In this document: positions 38,564 to 48,587 of the stretch, one piece after another
Layout of the letters: the number at the start of each line of letters is the position of its first letter
How positions within the stretch are numbered: position 1 is the stretch's first letter
NCBI GenBank assembly: GCA_963820825.1
Contig: CAWGBN010000006.1
Span: forward strand, 64,001 to 128,000
Source of the DNA: Vulcanimicrobiota bacterium
GTDB taxonomy: Bacteria > Vulcanimicrobiota > Vulcanimicrobiia > Vulcanimicrobiales > Vulcanimicrobiaceae
DNA length: 64,000 nt
Reading direction: 5' to 3'
The notes under the pieces: model-generated
What the model was told of the DNA's origin: nothing
The model's database searches: none
The model's input: only the letters and a program-made list of their open reading frames with translations
Translations under genes and position numbers: made by a program

Positions 38564-38776
38564 TTACGAGGCCGCCTTTCGCTTCGGACGCTGACCGCCT
38601 TTTTGTCCGATCACTTCGTAGAAGGAGGGACCGTACTTACTCTTCGTGGCTTCCCCGCCCTTACGTCCGATCTCTTCGTAGAATTCCGAGCCGTATTTCG
38701 CCTTCACGCGCTCGCCGCCGCGGCGGCCCGCCTCGCGAACGCTCATACCTCCAGCGTTACCGGTCTCTTGTGCCAT
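38564..38776 (-). CDS. KGG-repeat general stress protein (GsiB-like)
   Basis: MSVREAGRRGG, FYEEIGRKGG, FYEVIGQKGG; GAGGA RBS. Confidence 0.9.
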   Translation of the reverse strand: MAQETGNAGGMSVREAGRRGGERVKAKYGSEFYEEIGRKGGEATKSKYGPSFYEVIGQKGGQRPKRKAAS

Positions 38777-38815
38777 TCGAATGTTCCTCTCTGGTTCAAA
38801 GTTCCGAGTTATTCT

Positions 38816-38840
38816 ATTCCCATACAAGCGCTCGGTAAAC
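38816..38840 (-). promoter_or_regulatory. SigmaB/SigF-type promoter
   Basis: GTTTAC-13 nt-GGGAAT about 40 nt upstream of the first KGG gene. Confidence 0.7.
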
Positions 38841-38872
38841 TCAGGATTCCCTGAGAATTCGAGGACGTTCCC

Positions 38873-39469
38873 TTAAAACGCGGTTGGGGTCGTCCCCGTG
38901 AGCGCCTCGTAAATCAATCGGGTTCGATCGCGCAAGCGCGCGAGGTTGCCGTCGTTCTCGATGACGTAATCGGCCGCAGCACGAGCGCGCTCGGGTTCGA
39001 TCTGCGCGGCCATCCGCGCACGGACGCGAGCCTCGTCGAGCTTATCGCGCTCGACGACACGGCCGATGCGCTCCTCGAGGGGGGCGACGACCAGAACCGA
39101 CCGGTCGACGAGCCGGTCGTAGCCGGTCTCGAAGAGGAGGGGGACGACGTGGACGATGAGCTGGCCGGGCTTCGCCCGGGCCTCACGCTCGAGGGCGACG
39201 CGGCGGATATGGGGGTGGAGCAGGGCGTTGAGCCGCTCCCGGGCTCGCGGGTCGGCGAAGACGATGTCGGCAAGGGCGGCGCGGTCGAGGGCGCCGTTTC
39301 GCACCGCTTGGGGCCAGACGCGGGCGACCTCCATGAGCCCATCGCTGTTGGGGGCGACGACCTCCCGGGCGATCGCATCGGTGTCGACGACGAAGGCGCC
39401 GAGGTCCGCGAAAACCTCGGCGACTACACTCTTCCCCGCCCCGATGCCGCCGGTCAGACCAACGCGCAC
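38873..39469 (-). CDS. coaE: Dephospho-CoA kinase
   Basis: GLTGGIGAGKS, DTDAIAREVV, LDRAALA, PLLFE, ADYVIEN. Confidence 0.96.
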   Translation of the reverse strand: MRVGLTGGIGAGKSVVAEVFADLGAFVVDTDAIAREVVAPNSDGLMEVARVWPQAVRNGALDRAALADIVFADPRARERLNALLHPHIRRVALEREARAKPGQLIVHVVPLLFETGYDRLVDRSVLVVAPLEERIGRVVERDKLDEARVRARMAAQIEPERARAAADYVIENDGNLARLRDRTRLIYEALTGTTPTAF

Positions 39470-39475
39470 GGCGAG

Positions 39476-40636
39476 TTACTCGGCCTGGAGCGGCTCCGTC
39501 GCTGCCGGCGCTGCCGGTTCGAGCCCGATCTCTTCGGCGGCCGCATACTGCTCGATCTCTTCGGGCGGGATGTCGGCAACGTGCTGAATCGAGGCCGTGA
39601 TCCGGCGGGTCGCGTGGTTGATCGTGAGCAGCGTGACCTCGACCTCCTGGCCCGCGCCGAACTGCGCGGAGGCGTCGAACTCGCCCTTGGGCACCATCGC
39701 GAGGATGCCGGGGATGACTTCGACCAAGAGATAGTTCGGCGTCACTTTGACGATCTGCGCGGCCAACTTGTTCGTCTCGTAGAGACGGTCGGCGTATTGA
39801 TCCCACGGATCGGGAAGCGCGTGCTTGAGCGAGAGGCTGACTTTCTTCGCCTCGGGATCGAACTTCATGATCTCGACTTGGACCACGTCGCCGATCTTGA
39901 CGACTTCGGAAGGATGTTTGATCCGCGCGTAGGCGAGCTCGCTATTGTGGATCAGACCGTCGATACCGCCGAGGTCGACGAACGCGCCGAAATCGGCCAA
40001 ACGCACAACGACGCCTTCGCGAATCTGTCCGACCTCGAGCGTGTCGAGCAGCTCCTGTTTCTTCGCTTGCAGCTCTTCCTCGAGAACGAGGCGCTGCGAA
40101 AGAACGACGCGGTGGCGCTTATGGTCGAGATCGATCACCTTCAAGCGAAGGTGCTGGCCGACCAGCTCGTCGAGATTGCCAACCGGCTGACGGCGAATCT
40201 GCGAGGCGGGAACGAAGCCGCGCATGCCGAGGTCGACGAGCACTCCGCCCTTGACCACCTGCGTGACCGTTGCTTCGATGACTTCGTCGCGATCGTGCGC
40301 CTCGATTACTTTCTCCCACGTCTTGAGCGCGCGCGCGCGCCGCTCCGAGAGAAAGAGCGTTCCGTCAAGCTCGTCGATGCGATGGATCATCACCTCGAGC
40401 GTGTCGCCGACGCGAAGCAATTTGGGATCCACCGCGAGCGATAACTCGCGGAACGGAAGGACGCCTTCGGATTTTCCTCCGACGTCGACGAGCACTTCGT
40501 CCTTATCCTTTTGAACGATCGTGCCGGTGAGGACTTGTCCTTCGTCGAGGACCTTGAGCGATTCTTCGTAGAGACGCTGCTCGAGCGCTAACTGATCTTC
40601 TTCGTATTGAACCGGAGCGACTTCAGTTGTAGAGAT
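39476..40636 (-). CDS. rpsA: 30S ribosomal protein S1 (4 S1 domains); start codon uncertain
   Basis: [52 protein letters not shown]. Confidence 0.92.
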   Translation of the reverse strand: MSTTEVAPVQYEEDQLALEQRLYEESLKVLDEGQVLTGTIVQKDKDEVLVDVGGKSEGVLPFRELSLAVDPKLLRVGDTLEVMIHRIDELDGTLFLSERRARALKTWEKVIEAHDRDEVIEATVTQVVKGGVLVDLGMRGFVPASQIRRQPVGNLDELVGQHLRLKVIDLDHKRHRVVLSQRLVLEEELQAKKQELLDTLEVGQIREGVVVRLADFGAFVDLGGIDGLIHNSELAYARIKHPSEVVKIGDVVQVEIMKFDPEAKKVSLSLKHALPDPWDQYADRLYETNKLAAQIVKVTPNYLLVEVIPGILAMVPKGEFDASAQFGAGQEVEVTLLTINHATRRITASIQHVADIPPEEIEQYAAAEEIGLEPAAPAATEPLQAE

Positions 40637-40664
40637 TTGACTTTTCCCACTTTCGTAATTTTTA

Positions 40665-41477
40665 TTATCGTTGACATCGCCGGCACCACCACGTCCCGCG
40701 GGCTGCGAGTACGGTGCGAACGATGCGCGCGCCGCAGCGCGGGCAAGGCCCACCGTCTCTGCCGTAGACCGAGAGGTTGTTTTGGAAACCACCTTGCAGT
40801 CCGTCGGCATCTACGTAGTCGTCGACGCTGGTTCCGCGCAGATCGACGGCGCGTTGCAGAATGTCGACGATGGCACGACGTAAGCGGCAAATCGCCGGTT
40901 TCCTCAAGCTCCGTGAGGGACGGCTCGGACGGATCCGAGCTTCCCACAGCGCTTCGCATGCATAGATGTTTCCGATGCCCGCGATGCGCCGTTGATCGAG
41001 GAGCAATGCCTTGACCGGCGTCGTCCGCCCCGACAGCATACCGATAAAGGCTTCATGTGTAAAGCCTGAGGAGAGCGGTTCGACGCCGAGTTCGCGGTCC
41101 CACGCTTCGCCCGGCTCCACGAGCCGCATTCGGCCGAAGGTTCGGACGTCCGAGAACCGCAGGCGGCCGCCCCCCGCGAAGTGCAGGATCACGTGCGTTC
41201 CCGGTAACTCGGGCCGCCCGTCGGCGGCGACGACGAGCCGTCCGGTCATACGCAGGCTGGTAACGAGCGACCGCCCCGAGGCCAGCTCGAGGATCGCATA
41301 CTTGCCGCGCCGGCGGACTCGGTCGATGCGCTCTCCGGCGACCGCACGCGCGAAGCGCACGCCTGCGGGTGCAACGGCGATTTTGGCCAGGCGAATCTCG
41401 GCACGTTCGATCGTCTTGCCGACGACCTTGCCGGCGAGACCGCGCACGATCGTCTCGACTTCGGGAAGCTCGGGCAT
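40665..41477 (-). CDS. mutM: Formamidopyrimidine-DNA glycosylase
   Basis: MPELPEVE, RRGKY, GIGNIYA, C-terminal CPRC...CRRC zinc finger. Confidence 0.97.
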   Translation of the reverse strand: MPELPEVETIVRGLAGKVVGKTIERAEIRLAKIAVAPAGVRFARAVAGERIDRVRRRGKYAILELASGRSLVTSLRMTGRLVVAADGRPELPGTHVILHFAGGGRLRFSDVRTFGRMRLVEPGEAWDRELGVEPLSSGFTHEAFIGMLSGRTTPVKALLLDQRRIAGIGNIYACEALWEARIRPSRPSRSLRKPAICRLRRAIVDILQRAVDLRGTSVDDYVDADGLQGGFQNNLSVYGRDGGPCPRCGARIVRTVLAARGTWWCRRCQR

Positions 41478-41489
41478 TTGTAAAGTAGC

Positions 41490-41918
41490 TTACATAGTAG
41501 ATGAAGAAACGCCGCGCAGATCGAGTTTGACCTCAGCCGCGATGCCGTCTTTCGCCGCCTCGCCTGCGTGCAGCTCGATCACGTACTTCGCCGTGCCGCT
41601 CTCGCGCGCAATGGCCTCGTCGCCGATTCCCGCGCGCGGAACGGGAACGTCGGCGTAGACGCGCCGGACCGTGCCGTCTGCGGCGACGAAGATCATATCG
41701 AGCGGTACGAGCGTGTCTTTCATCCAGAAATCGACCGGCCCGTCCGCATCGAAGACGAAGATCATGCCGGTATGCGCCGGCACCGTCGTGCGATCCATCA
41801 AGCCGTGGGCGCGCTGTGCGTCGGTACGAGCGACTTCCAGGGTGAGGTCGGCACGCGGCGCGTGTACGACGACGGACGGCAGCGCGGTCGCGAGCATCGC
41901 CGCGAGGAGCTTAAACAC
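41490..41918 (-). CDS. DUF192 family protein
   Basis: GLMDR, GMIFVF, FWMKDTLVPLDMIF, YVIELHAG. Confidence 0.9.
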   Translation of the reverse strand: MFKLLAAMLATALPSVVVHAPRADLTLEVARTDAQRAHGLMDRTTVPAHTGMIFVFDADGPVDFWMKDTLVPLDMIFVAADGTVRRVYADVPVPRAGIGDEAIARESGTAKYVIELHAGEAAKDGIAAEVKLDLRGVSSSTM

Positions 41919-44529
41919 GCTCGAGCGGCTCCGTTACGATCGGCTCGACGTCGTACCAACTCCGCCCCGCCTTGAGCGTCACTTCGAGCGGCACCGATAA
42001 CTCGATCGCTCGCTCCATATGATCGCGCACCAGCCCCGACGCTTCTGCGAGCCGGCTCTTGTGCACCTCGAAGATCAACTCGTCGTGGATCTGCAGGAGC
42101 ATCGTCGCATCGAGACCCGACTCGTCGAGGGCGCGGTCGATCCGCACCATCGCCAGCTTCATTAAATCTGCGGCGCTGCCTTGCAACGGTGCGTTCGTCG
42201 CTTCGCGCTCGGCCGCCGCGCGCAGCATGTAGTTTCCGGAGATGAGTCCGGGCATGTATCGCCGCCGGCCGAGAATCGTCGAAACGTATCCGGTGCGCCG
42301 CCCCTCTTCGATCGTCTGCTGGATGTACGCGCGCACTTCGGGAAAGCGCGCGAAGTACGCGGTCGTGATCTCCTTGGCCTCGGCGCGGCTGATCTCTAGA
42401 CGCTGCGCGAGTCCGAAATCCGACATGCCGTAGAAGAGCCCGAAGTTGACGCTCTTGGCCATCCGCCGCTGATTCGGATCGACGTGCTCGTTCGGGGCGA
42501 TATTGAAGATCTGACGCGCGGTGAAGTCGTGAATGTCCTGCGCCTCTTCGAAGGCGGTGCGCAGCGCGCGATCGCCCGAAAGATGAGCCATGAGTCGTAG
42601 CTCGATCTGGCTGTAATCGGCAGCGAGGAGCACGTACTCGTCGCTGCGCGCGACGAAGGCGCGGCGGATTCGCCGCCCGAGCTCGCCGCGAACGGGAATG
42701 TTCTGCAGGTTCGGATTCGTCGACGAGAGCCGGCCGGTGGCCGTCGCCGTCTGGTTGAACTCGGTGCGCAGCCGCCGGTCACGCGGGTCGACGAGCTGCG
42801 GAATTACGTCGACGTAGGTATTCTTGAGCTTGGTAACTTCGCGCCACTCCAAGACGAGCGCACAGATCGGATACTCGCGCGCCAAGCCTTGCAGCACCTC
42901 GACACCGGTCGCCCATCCGGTCTTGGTCTTCTTGCTTCCGGGGATCTGCAGCTTTCCAAAGAGGACTCTGCCGAGCTGCTGCGGCGAACCGATGTTGAAC
43001 TCTTCGCCGGCAAAGTCGTAGACTTGTTGCTGCAGGCGCGCCGCGGCCGCGTCGACCTCGCCGCCGATCGCATCGAGCTCGCGCGGATCGATCGTAACGC
43101 CGGCCGCTTCCATCTTCGCCAGCACCGGTGCGAGCGGAACCTCCACCTCGCAATAGAGGCGCAGCTGATCGCGCGCTTCGAGCTCCGCGCGCGCCTTTGC
43201 GACGATCTGCAGCGCCGCGTCGGCGCAGGCCGCCGCTTCGCCCGGCAGCTCCACACCGAGCAACTGTGCCGCCGCATCCTCGATATCGGCGTACCCGCGC
43301 GCCGGATCGAGCAGATGCGCGGCGATCATCGCATCGTCGGTGAAGCGGACCGGCGCCATGCCCGCCTCGCGCATAACGTGCAGGAGCCGTTTGGCGTCGT
43401 ACGCACCGGCCGAGTCGCCCGCAAGGAGGCTCGCAAGCGCGTCGCGCACGCCGGCGTCTTGCAGCGCGCCGCGCGCAAAGCTCACGCCCTCGCCGGCGCG
43501 CACGGTGATGCCGAGTTCGTCTCCCCGCATCGCCAGGACGGGGCTTGCGCTGCCCGCGAGCGCGCGCAACTCGCCGGCGAGGCGCGCGAACTCGGGAGCG
43601 TCGACGCAGTGGACGTAACTGCGATAGTTGCCGGCAAGCTTTGCGCCGGTATCGAAGAGCGGCAGATCCGACGGCGGCTGCAGCTTCGCGAGCAGCGTCT
43701 TGAATTCGAGATCGGCGTAGAGATGGTAGAGGTCGCGATCCGAAGGAACTTCGTACCGGCTGCTCTCCCAATCGATCGCGAGCGGAAGGTCGCGGCGCAC
43801 GATCGAGACGGCGCGGCAGAGACAGGCCTGTTGGCCGTATTGCTCGATCAACGCCTGCAGTTTCGGATTGCCGGCGAGCGCCGGATCGGCAACGAGCGCG
43901 TCGAGCGATCCTGCCGCTTGCAGCAGTTTGGTCGCGGTCTTCTCGCCGACGCCGGGAACGCCGGGAAGGTTATCCGACGGATCGCCTTTGAGACCGCGAA
44001 AATCGGGGAGTTGCTCGGGCTCGAGCCCGAAGCGTTCGCGAACCGCCGCCGAATCGTAGCGCCCGAGCTCCGTGATGCCGCGCCGCGTCGTCAGCACCGT
44101 CGTTCGTTCGTCGACGATCTGCAAGAGATCGAGGTCGCCGGTCACGACGACCGTCTGTTCGCCGGCCTCTTCGGCCTGGCGCGCGAGCGTCGCGATGACG
44201 TCGTCGGCCTCTTGCCCTTCGATCTCGACGATTGGAATGCGATACGTCTCGAGCACGCGCCGCACCAGCGCGAACTGGCTGCGCAGCTCGTCGGGCATGA
44301 CCCGTCGCTGCGCCTTATACTCGGCGAAGAGCGCGAGTCGATCGGCCGGCATGCCTTTGTCGAACGCGGCGAGCACGTGCGTCGGCTTTTCGTCGGCGAT
44401 GATCTTGTTGAGCATCATCGTAAAGCCGTAGACGGCGTTGATCGGCATGCCTCGGCTCGTCGTCAATCCGGGCAGGGCGAAGAACGCCCGGTAGACGAGG
44501 CCGTAGGTGTCGAGCAGCATCAGTGCCAT
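41911..44529 (-). CDS. polA: DNA polymerase I
   Basis: 5'-3' exonuclease (YRAFFA, EADD, GDPSDN), TGRLSS.NPNLQNIP, DYSQIELR, QIHDEL. Confidence 0.98.
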   Translation of the reverse strand: MALMLLDTYGLVYRAFFALPGLTTSRGMPINAVYGFTMMLNKIIADEKPTHVLAAFDKGMPADRLALFAEYKAQRRVMPDELRSQFALVRRVLETYRIPIVEIEGQEADDVIATLARQAEEAGEQTVVVTGDLDLLQIVDERTTVLTTRRGITELGRYDSAAVRERFGLEPEQLPDFRGLKGDPSDNLPGVPGVGEKTATKLLQAAGSLDALVADPALAGNPKLQALIEQYGQQACLCRAVSIVRRDLPLAIDWESSRYEVPSDRDLYHLYADLEFKTLLAKLQPPSDLPLFDTGAKLAGNYRSYVHCVDAPEFARLAGELRALAGSASPVLAMRGDELGITVRAGEGVSFARGALQDAGVRDALASLLAGDSAGAYDAKRLLHVMREAGMAPVRFTDDAMIAAHLLDPARGYADIEDAAAQLLGVELPGEAAACADAALQIVAKARAELEARDQLRLYCEVEVPLAPVLAKMEAAGVTIDPRELDAIGGEVDAAAARLQQQVYDFAGEEFNIGSPQQLGRVLFGKLQIPGSKKTKTGWATGVEVLQGLAREYPICALVLEWREVTKLKNTYVDVIPQLVDPRDRRLRTEFNQTATATGRLSSTNPNLQNIPVRGELGRRIRRAFVARSDEYVLLAADYSQIELRLMAHLSGDRALRTAFEEAQDIHDFTARQIFNIAPNEHVDPNQRRMAKSVNFGLFYGMSDFGLAQRLEISRAEAKEITTAYFARFPEVRAYIQQTIEEGRRTGYVSTILGRRRYMPGLISGNYMLRAAAEREATNAPLQGSAADLMKLAMVRIDRALDESGLDATMLLQIHDELIFEVHKSRLAEASGLVRDHMERAIELSVPLEVTLKAGRSWYDVEPIVTEPLERV

Positions 44530-44545
44530 CGTTATCGGTGCCCCA

Positions 44546-46894
44546 TCATCGCACGATCACCGTCGACGAACCCGCCGTTACGCTTCCGTCATCGGCGATT
44601 CCGAGCACCGAGAGATCGTATCTGCCGCTGCGCTGTGGAAGTTCGATCGCGATCGCACCGCCCGCCGTCCGGGTGACGTCCCACGAGATCGCCTCGGTCT
44701 CGGCTTGAGCGAGCGAGAGCTCCGGCGGCGGTTGCGTGCGGCGCACGAACCCGAGTGCCTGCGCGCGATCGCCGGTCGAGCGCACCCAGGGGTGCCACGT
44801 TACCGTACCGGGCGCGCTGTTCTGCGTCGTGCTGACGCCGATCGCGAGCAGCGATGGAGCCGAACGAAAGAGCGCGCTGCCGGACGGTGCTCCGCGGCTG
44901 ATCCGCACGACGAACGTTTGCGGACCCGTCGATCCGCCGTCGAATGCAATCTTCGCCGCTTCTCCCGGAGCGAAGACCCCGCTGCTCAATGCGAGCTGCG
45001 CGGAGTGCGGCCGTCCCGGCGCCGCGAGCACGACCGGCACGGTGTTCCATTCGATCGCGCCGCCGCGGACGAATGCCGCACCGACGCTCAACTCGCCCGC
45101 CGCATCGGTCGCCGCTAGACGCGCGACGGCGTGTCCTTGCGAGACCCGCACGACGCGAAGCTCGACGCCGAGCGCGCTCTCGAAGGTGATCAATGCGTCG
45201 CCCTGCGATCCCGAAGCGTCGGCGTCGACGGTAATCTCGTCGCCGGGCCGATAGACGTCGCGGTCGAGGTGCACGTGCACGTCCGCGCTGCCCCCTTCGA
45301 CCGGCGCGGACGCCTGCGGATCGATACGCACTTGTGCCGCATCGATCGCTCGCCCGCCGCGATCGATCCAAGCGAGCAGAAAGTTCGTACCGAGATCGGG
45401 CGCGCTGAATGCGCCGCGAGCGTGGCCGCGCGCATCGAGAGTGAGATTCTGCTGCGAGCGCGAGATGCCGTGCGCGAGCGCGACGCTCACCGTCGCACCG
45501 GCGAGCGGTTTTCCCTCGAGGGTGTTGGCGTAGACGTCGAAGCCGAGCGGCGTGCCGATGCTCTGCTCGGCCCGATCGAGTTCCAAGCGGATCGCCGCAT
45601 CGGCCGTCGGCACGATCACGCGCGTCGCCGCGGTCGCGCCGCCCGATTCGACCCGGACGCCGTACGTCGAACCGAACTCATCGCTCGGATGCGGAACGAG
45701 CACGGTTGCGTTTCCGCTTTCGTCGGTCGTAACGGCAGCACCGAACCAAGGAGTCGCCGCCCACGGCGCGTTTTCGGGGATCTCGCCCGCATACACGTGC
45801 GGCGAGCGCACTACGGTCACGCGCACCGAAACGCCGCCCCGCGACGAATGGACGGACAACGGTACGTCGTGACGGGAGTCGCACGTACCGTTGCAGGCGG
45901 CGCCGATCTCCAGCGAGAGTCCGCCGGCGTTTGCGTCGACGTCGAGCGTCGCACCACCGATACCGCCGCCGGCCTGCGCGAGCACCGTGTACTCGCCGGC
46001 CGGCGCGTTCTGCGGTATGGCGAACGATGCGGTGAACGCACCCGCGGCATCGAGCGGTACGCGTTGCTCCGCGATCGGGGTCGCGCCGTTGCGCAGCGAG
46101 ATCGCCGCGCTCCCGGTGCTGGGGCGCAGAACTCCGCGCAGGCGCGTTCGCGCGAAGCCGGCGATGCGGACGCTCTCACCCGCGTGCACGACCGCGGAAT
46201 CGGTTCGCACGCCGACGATCGTCTCCGGGAGCGGCGGTTGCGGAAGCAGACTTAAGAAGGCATAGCTGCTTCCCCACTGCGCGAGCGCGAAGACCGGGCG
46301 CGGCGAGCGATTCCAGCGCACGAGACCGTCGCGATCGGTCATCGCCGTCACGAAGCTGCGATTGACGACAAACGCAACGCGCATGCGCGCGAGCGGACTG
46401 CCCGTTCCAAGATCGCCGGCATAGAGGAGCAAGCCGCCCGGCGTCTCCTTCGAGATCAAACCGACGCGCGAGCGATTGATCCAGACTTGCTCGCCGACGT
46501 CGCCGCGGCGCGCCTCGACGACGAAGAAACCTTCACGGCTACCGAGCGGGACGTTCACTGCGTTCGATTGGAACTGGTATCCACCCGGCGGCGTAAAGGT
46601 AAACGAGAGCGTCGCGCGCCGCCCGGCGGTGACGATCGCGCGCGGACTGAAGTTCGACCCGGCGGTCAGTACGTCTGCCGGATCGACCTGATAGACCGAG
46701 ATCGCGACGGGAGAGCTCGAATAGGTATCCAAGCGAACCGTAGTCGGCTTCCACGGTACGCTCGAATCCGCGGCAAAGAGTTGAAAATTTGCATCCAGCC
46801 GGTGGAGGTCGACGATCTGGCGCTCGGCGCGAACCGGCGCCGCTGCGGCTGCGACGGCAATCAAACCGGCGAGCAGTAAACGAGCAGGCTGCAT
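44546..46894 (-). CDS. Secreted alpha-2-macroglobulin-like protein (MG domains only)
   Basis: Signal peptide; TDSAVVHAGESV, GEYTV, LDRDVYRPGDEI, terminal ISW...IELP...YDLSV; no CxEQ. Confidence 0.65.
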   Translation of the reverse strand: MQPARLLLAGLIAVAAAAAPVRAERQIVDLHRLDANFQLFAADSSVPWKPTTVRLDTYSSSPVAISVYQVDPADVLTAGSNFSPRAIVTAGRRATLSFTFTPPGGYQFQSNAVNVPLGSREGFFVVEARRGDVGEQVWINRSRVGLISKETPGGLLLYAGDLGTGSPLARMRVAFVVNRSFVTAMTDRDGLVRWNRSPRPVFALAQWGSSYAFLSLLPQPPLPETIVGVRTDSAVVHAGESVRIAGFARTRLRGVLRPSTGSAAISLRNGATPIAEQRVPLDAAGAFTASFAIPQNAPAGEYTVLAQAGGGIGGATLDVDANAGGLSLEIGAACNGTCDSRHDVPLSVHSSRGGVSVRVTVVRSPHVYAGEIPENAPWAATPWFGAAVTTDESGNATVLVPHPSDEFGSTYGVRVESGGATAATRVIVPTADAAIRLELDRAEQSIGTPLGFDVYANTLEGKPLAGATVSVALAHGISRSQQNLTLDARGHARGAFSAPDLGTNFLLAWIDRGGRAIDAAQVRIDPQASAPVEGGSADVHVHLDRDVYRPGDEITVDADASGSQGDALITFESALGVELRVVRVSQGHAVARLAATDAAGELSVGAAFVRGGAIEWNTVPVVLAAPGRPHSAQLALSSGVFAPGEAAKIAFDGGSTGPQTFVVRISRGAPSGSALFRSAPSLLAIGVSTTQNSAPGTVTWHPWVRSTGDRAQALGFVRRTQPPPELSLAQAETEAISWDVTRTAGGAIAIELPQRSGRYDLSVLGIADDGSVTAGSSTVIVR

Positions 46895-46949
46895 GCGTCT
46901 GCGCTGCTTCGGCAGGTCGAAGTACGAAGCCCGCGTAAAGCGCAACAGC

Positions 46950-47117
46950 GTGGACGAACAGGCGGCAGGAGAACGCCCCACCTCGACGCGATGCCGTTTC
47001 TGCGGCTTCGAAGAGGGAGCAGACGATGCGCGGAGCGTGCGCGAGAAGGCACACTTTCAGGTCGTCGTCGCCTGCGGATCGTGCGGCCATCCCTTCGCGG
47101 TTCTCGCGCGAAACTGA
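46950..47117 (+). CDS. Small zinc-ribbon protein (55 aa)
   Basis: CRFC...CGSC pair; ends 4 nt before the next gene. Confidence 0.55.
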   Translation: MDEQAAGERPTSTRCRFCGFEEGADDARSVREKAHFQVVVACGSCGHPFAVLARN

Positions 47118-47121
47118 CCGC

Positions 47122-47673
47122 GTGAAGAACGTTTCGGTCGCACTCGCGACGCTCGCGATGGTCGTCGCTACCGCGCTTCCGGCATTGGCGGCGACGCCCT
47201 CACCCAAGCCGAAGCCGGCGCCGACACGCGTCGTAATCGAGCTGCCGAACATTCCACTGCACTCGGAAGTCGTCGTCGAAGTCAATGCCAAGGGGCAAGT
47301 CGTCCGCGTGAAGTCGACGAAACCGTCGAAACGAGCTTCGTTCAATTTTCAGACGTACGGCAACGCCTTGCAGATGTGGATCCGGCGCCCCGATGGCAGC
47401 GCGCAGGTCGGCCTCTACCGCGTTACCTACGATTACACTCCGAAGACCCACAACGTTACGCGGCACGTCGCGCTGATCTCGGCCGGCGGTAACTGGGCGA
47501 ACGATCCGGGCGCGGCCAACGTCATGGTCGAGATGGAGAAGAAACAAGCCGCGGCCGCCGCCGAAACGGAACGCAAAGAACAAGAACAGATCAACAAACT
47601 CCCCTCGCTCAACGAGATCCGCGGCTCACCGAGCCCGAAGCCGACCCACGCCGCGACGCTGCCGCCTGATTGA
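47122..47673 (+). CDS. Secreted protein with a TonB C-terminal-like domain
   Basis: Signal peptide, PSPKPKP linker, VVVEVNAKGQVVRVKSTKPS...ALQMW pattern. Confidence 0.5.
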   Translation: MKNVSVALATLAMVVATALPALAATPSPKPKPAPTRVVIELPNIPLHSEVVVEVNAKGQVVRVKSTKPSKRASFNFQTYGNALQMWIRRPDGSAQVGLYRVTYDYTPKTHNVTRHVALISAGGNWANDPGAANVMVEMEKKQAAAAAETERKEQEQINKLPSLNEIRGSPSPKPTHAATLPPD

Positions 47674-48518
47674 GACTCGTCACCTACCGGACGCCGGACG
47701 GACGGATGCGGCCGGGAGTGCTCGAGGGCGAGATGATTCGCACCATTGCATCGCCGACGATGCTCGACTACATCGCGCTCGCACCGCACGAACGGATCGC
47801 CTGGCACACACCCGACGACCTGGTTCCGCTCGCCGGCGCCGTACTCGACGCGCCGCTTCGCCCCACACGCAACGTCTTCTGCGTCGGCCGGAACTACCTC
47901 GAGCACGCGACCGAGGGCGCGCGCGCGGCCGGCCGCGAGTTGAAGCTGCCCGACGTACCGACGTTCTTTACCAAAGCCTCCACCGCGATCGCCGCGCCCG
48001 GGGCGACGCTGCAGTTGAGCGCGTCGATCTCGCGCGAATACGATTTCGAGGCGGAGCTCGCGGTCGTCATCGGCGTGCGCTGCAAGAACGTGCCCGAAGC
48101 GGAGGCGCTCCACGTCGTCTTCGGTTATACCGCGATCAACGATCTGACCGCCCGCGACCTGCAGCGCGCGCACCATCAGTGGTTTAAAGGAAAGAGCCTC
48201 GACGATACCGCTCCGGTCGGACCGTGGATCGTCACTCCCGAGGAGGTCGGCGACCCCCACGCGCTCGAGCTTCGCCTGCGTCTCAACGGCGTGGAGAAGC
48301 AGCATAGCAACACCGGAAAGATGATCTTTCGGGTACCGCGGATCATCGCGGAGCTGAGCAAGGGAATGACGCTGCTTCCCGGCGACCTGATCGCGACCGG
48401 CACGCCCGAGGGCGTCGGCTTCGCGCGGACCCCACCGGAATTTCTCACCGACGGCGACGTCCTTGAGGTCGATATCGAGCGGATCGGCGTTCTGCGCAAC
48501 GCCCTCCATATCGCGTAA
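47670..48518 (+). CDS. Fumarylacetoacetate hydrolase family protein
   Basis: CVGRNYLEH, DFEAELAVVIG, NDLTARD, GKSLD, TGTPEGVG. Confidence 0.95.
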   Translation: MRLVTYRTPDGRMRPGVLEGEMIRTIASPTMLDYIALAPHERIAWHTPDDLVPLAGAVLDAPLRPTRNVFCVGRNYLEHATEGARAAGRELKLPDVPTFFTKASTAIAAPGATLQLSASISREYDFEAELAVVIGVRCKNVPEAEALHVVFGYTAINDLTARDLQRAHHQWFKGKSLDDTAPVGPWIVTPEEVGDPHALELRLRLNGVEKQHSNTGKMIFRVPRIIAELSKGMTLLPGDLIATGTPEGVGFARTPPEFLTDGDVLEVDIERIGVLRNALHIA

Positions 48519-48587
48519 CGCCGCGGTCGTCTCGTCGGTCAAACGAAGGGCGCGGTCGCATCGGAGCCGTATGACAAGCCCCCGAGT

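Noticed and set aside
38220..38776. Short recurring DNA motifs as a repeat array
   Set aside because: Explained by KGG protein repeats.
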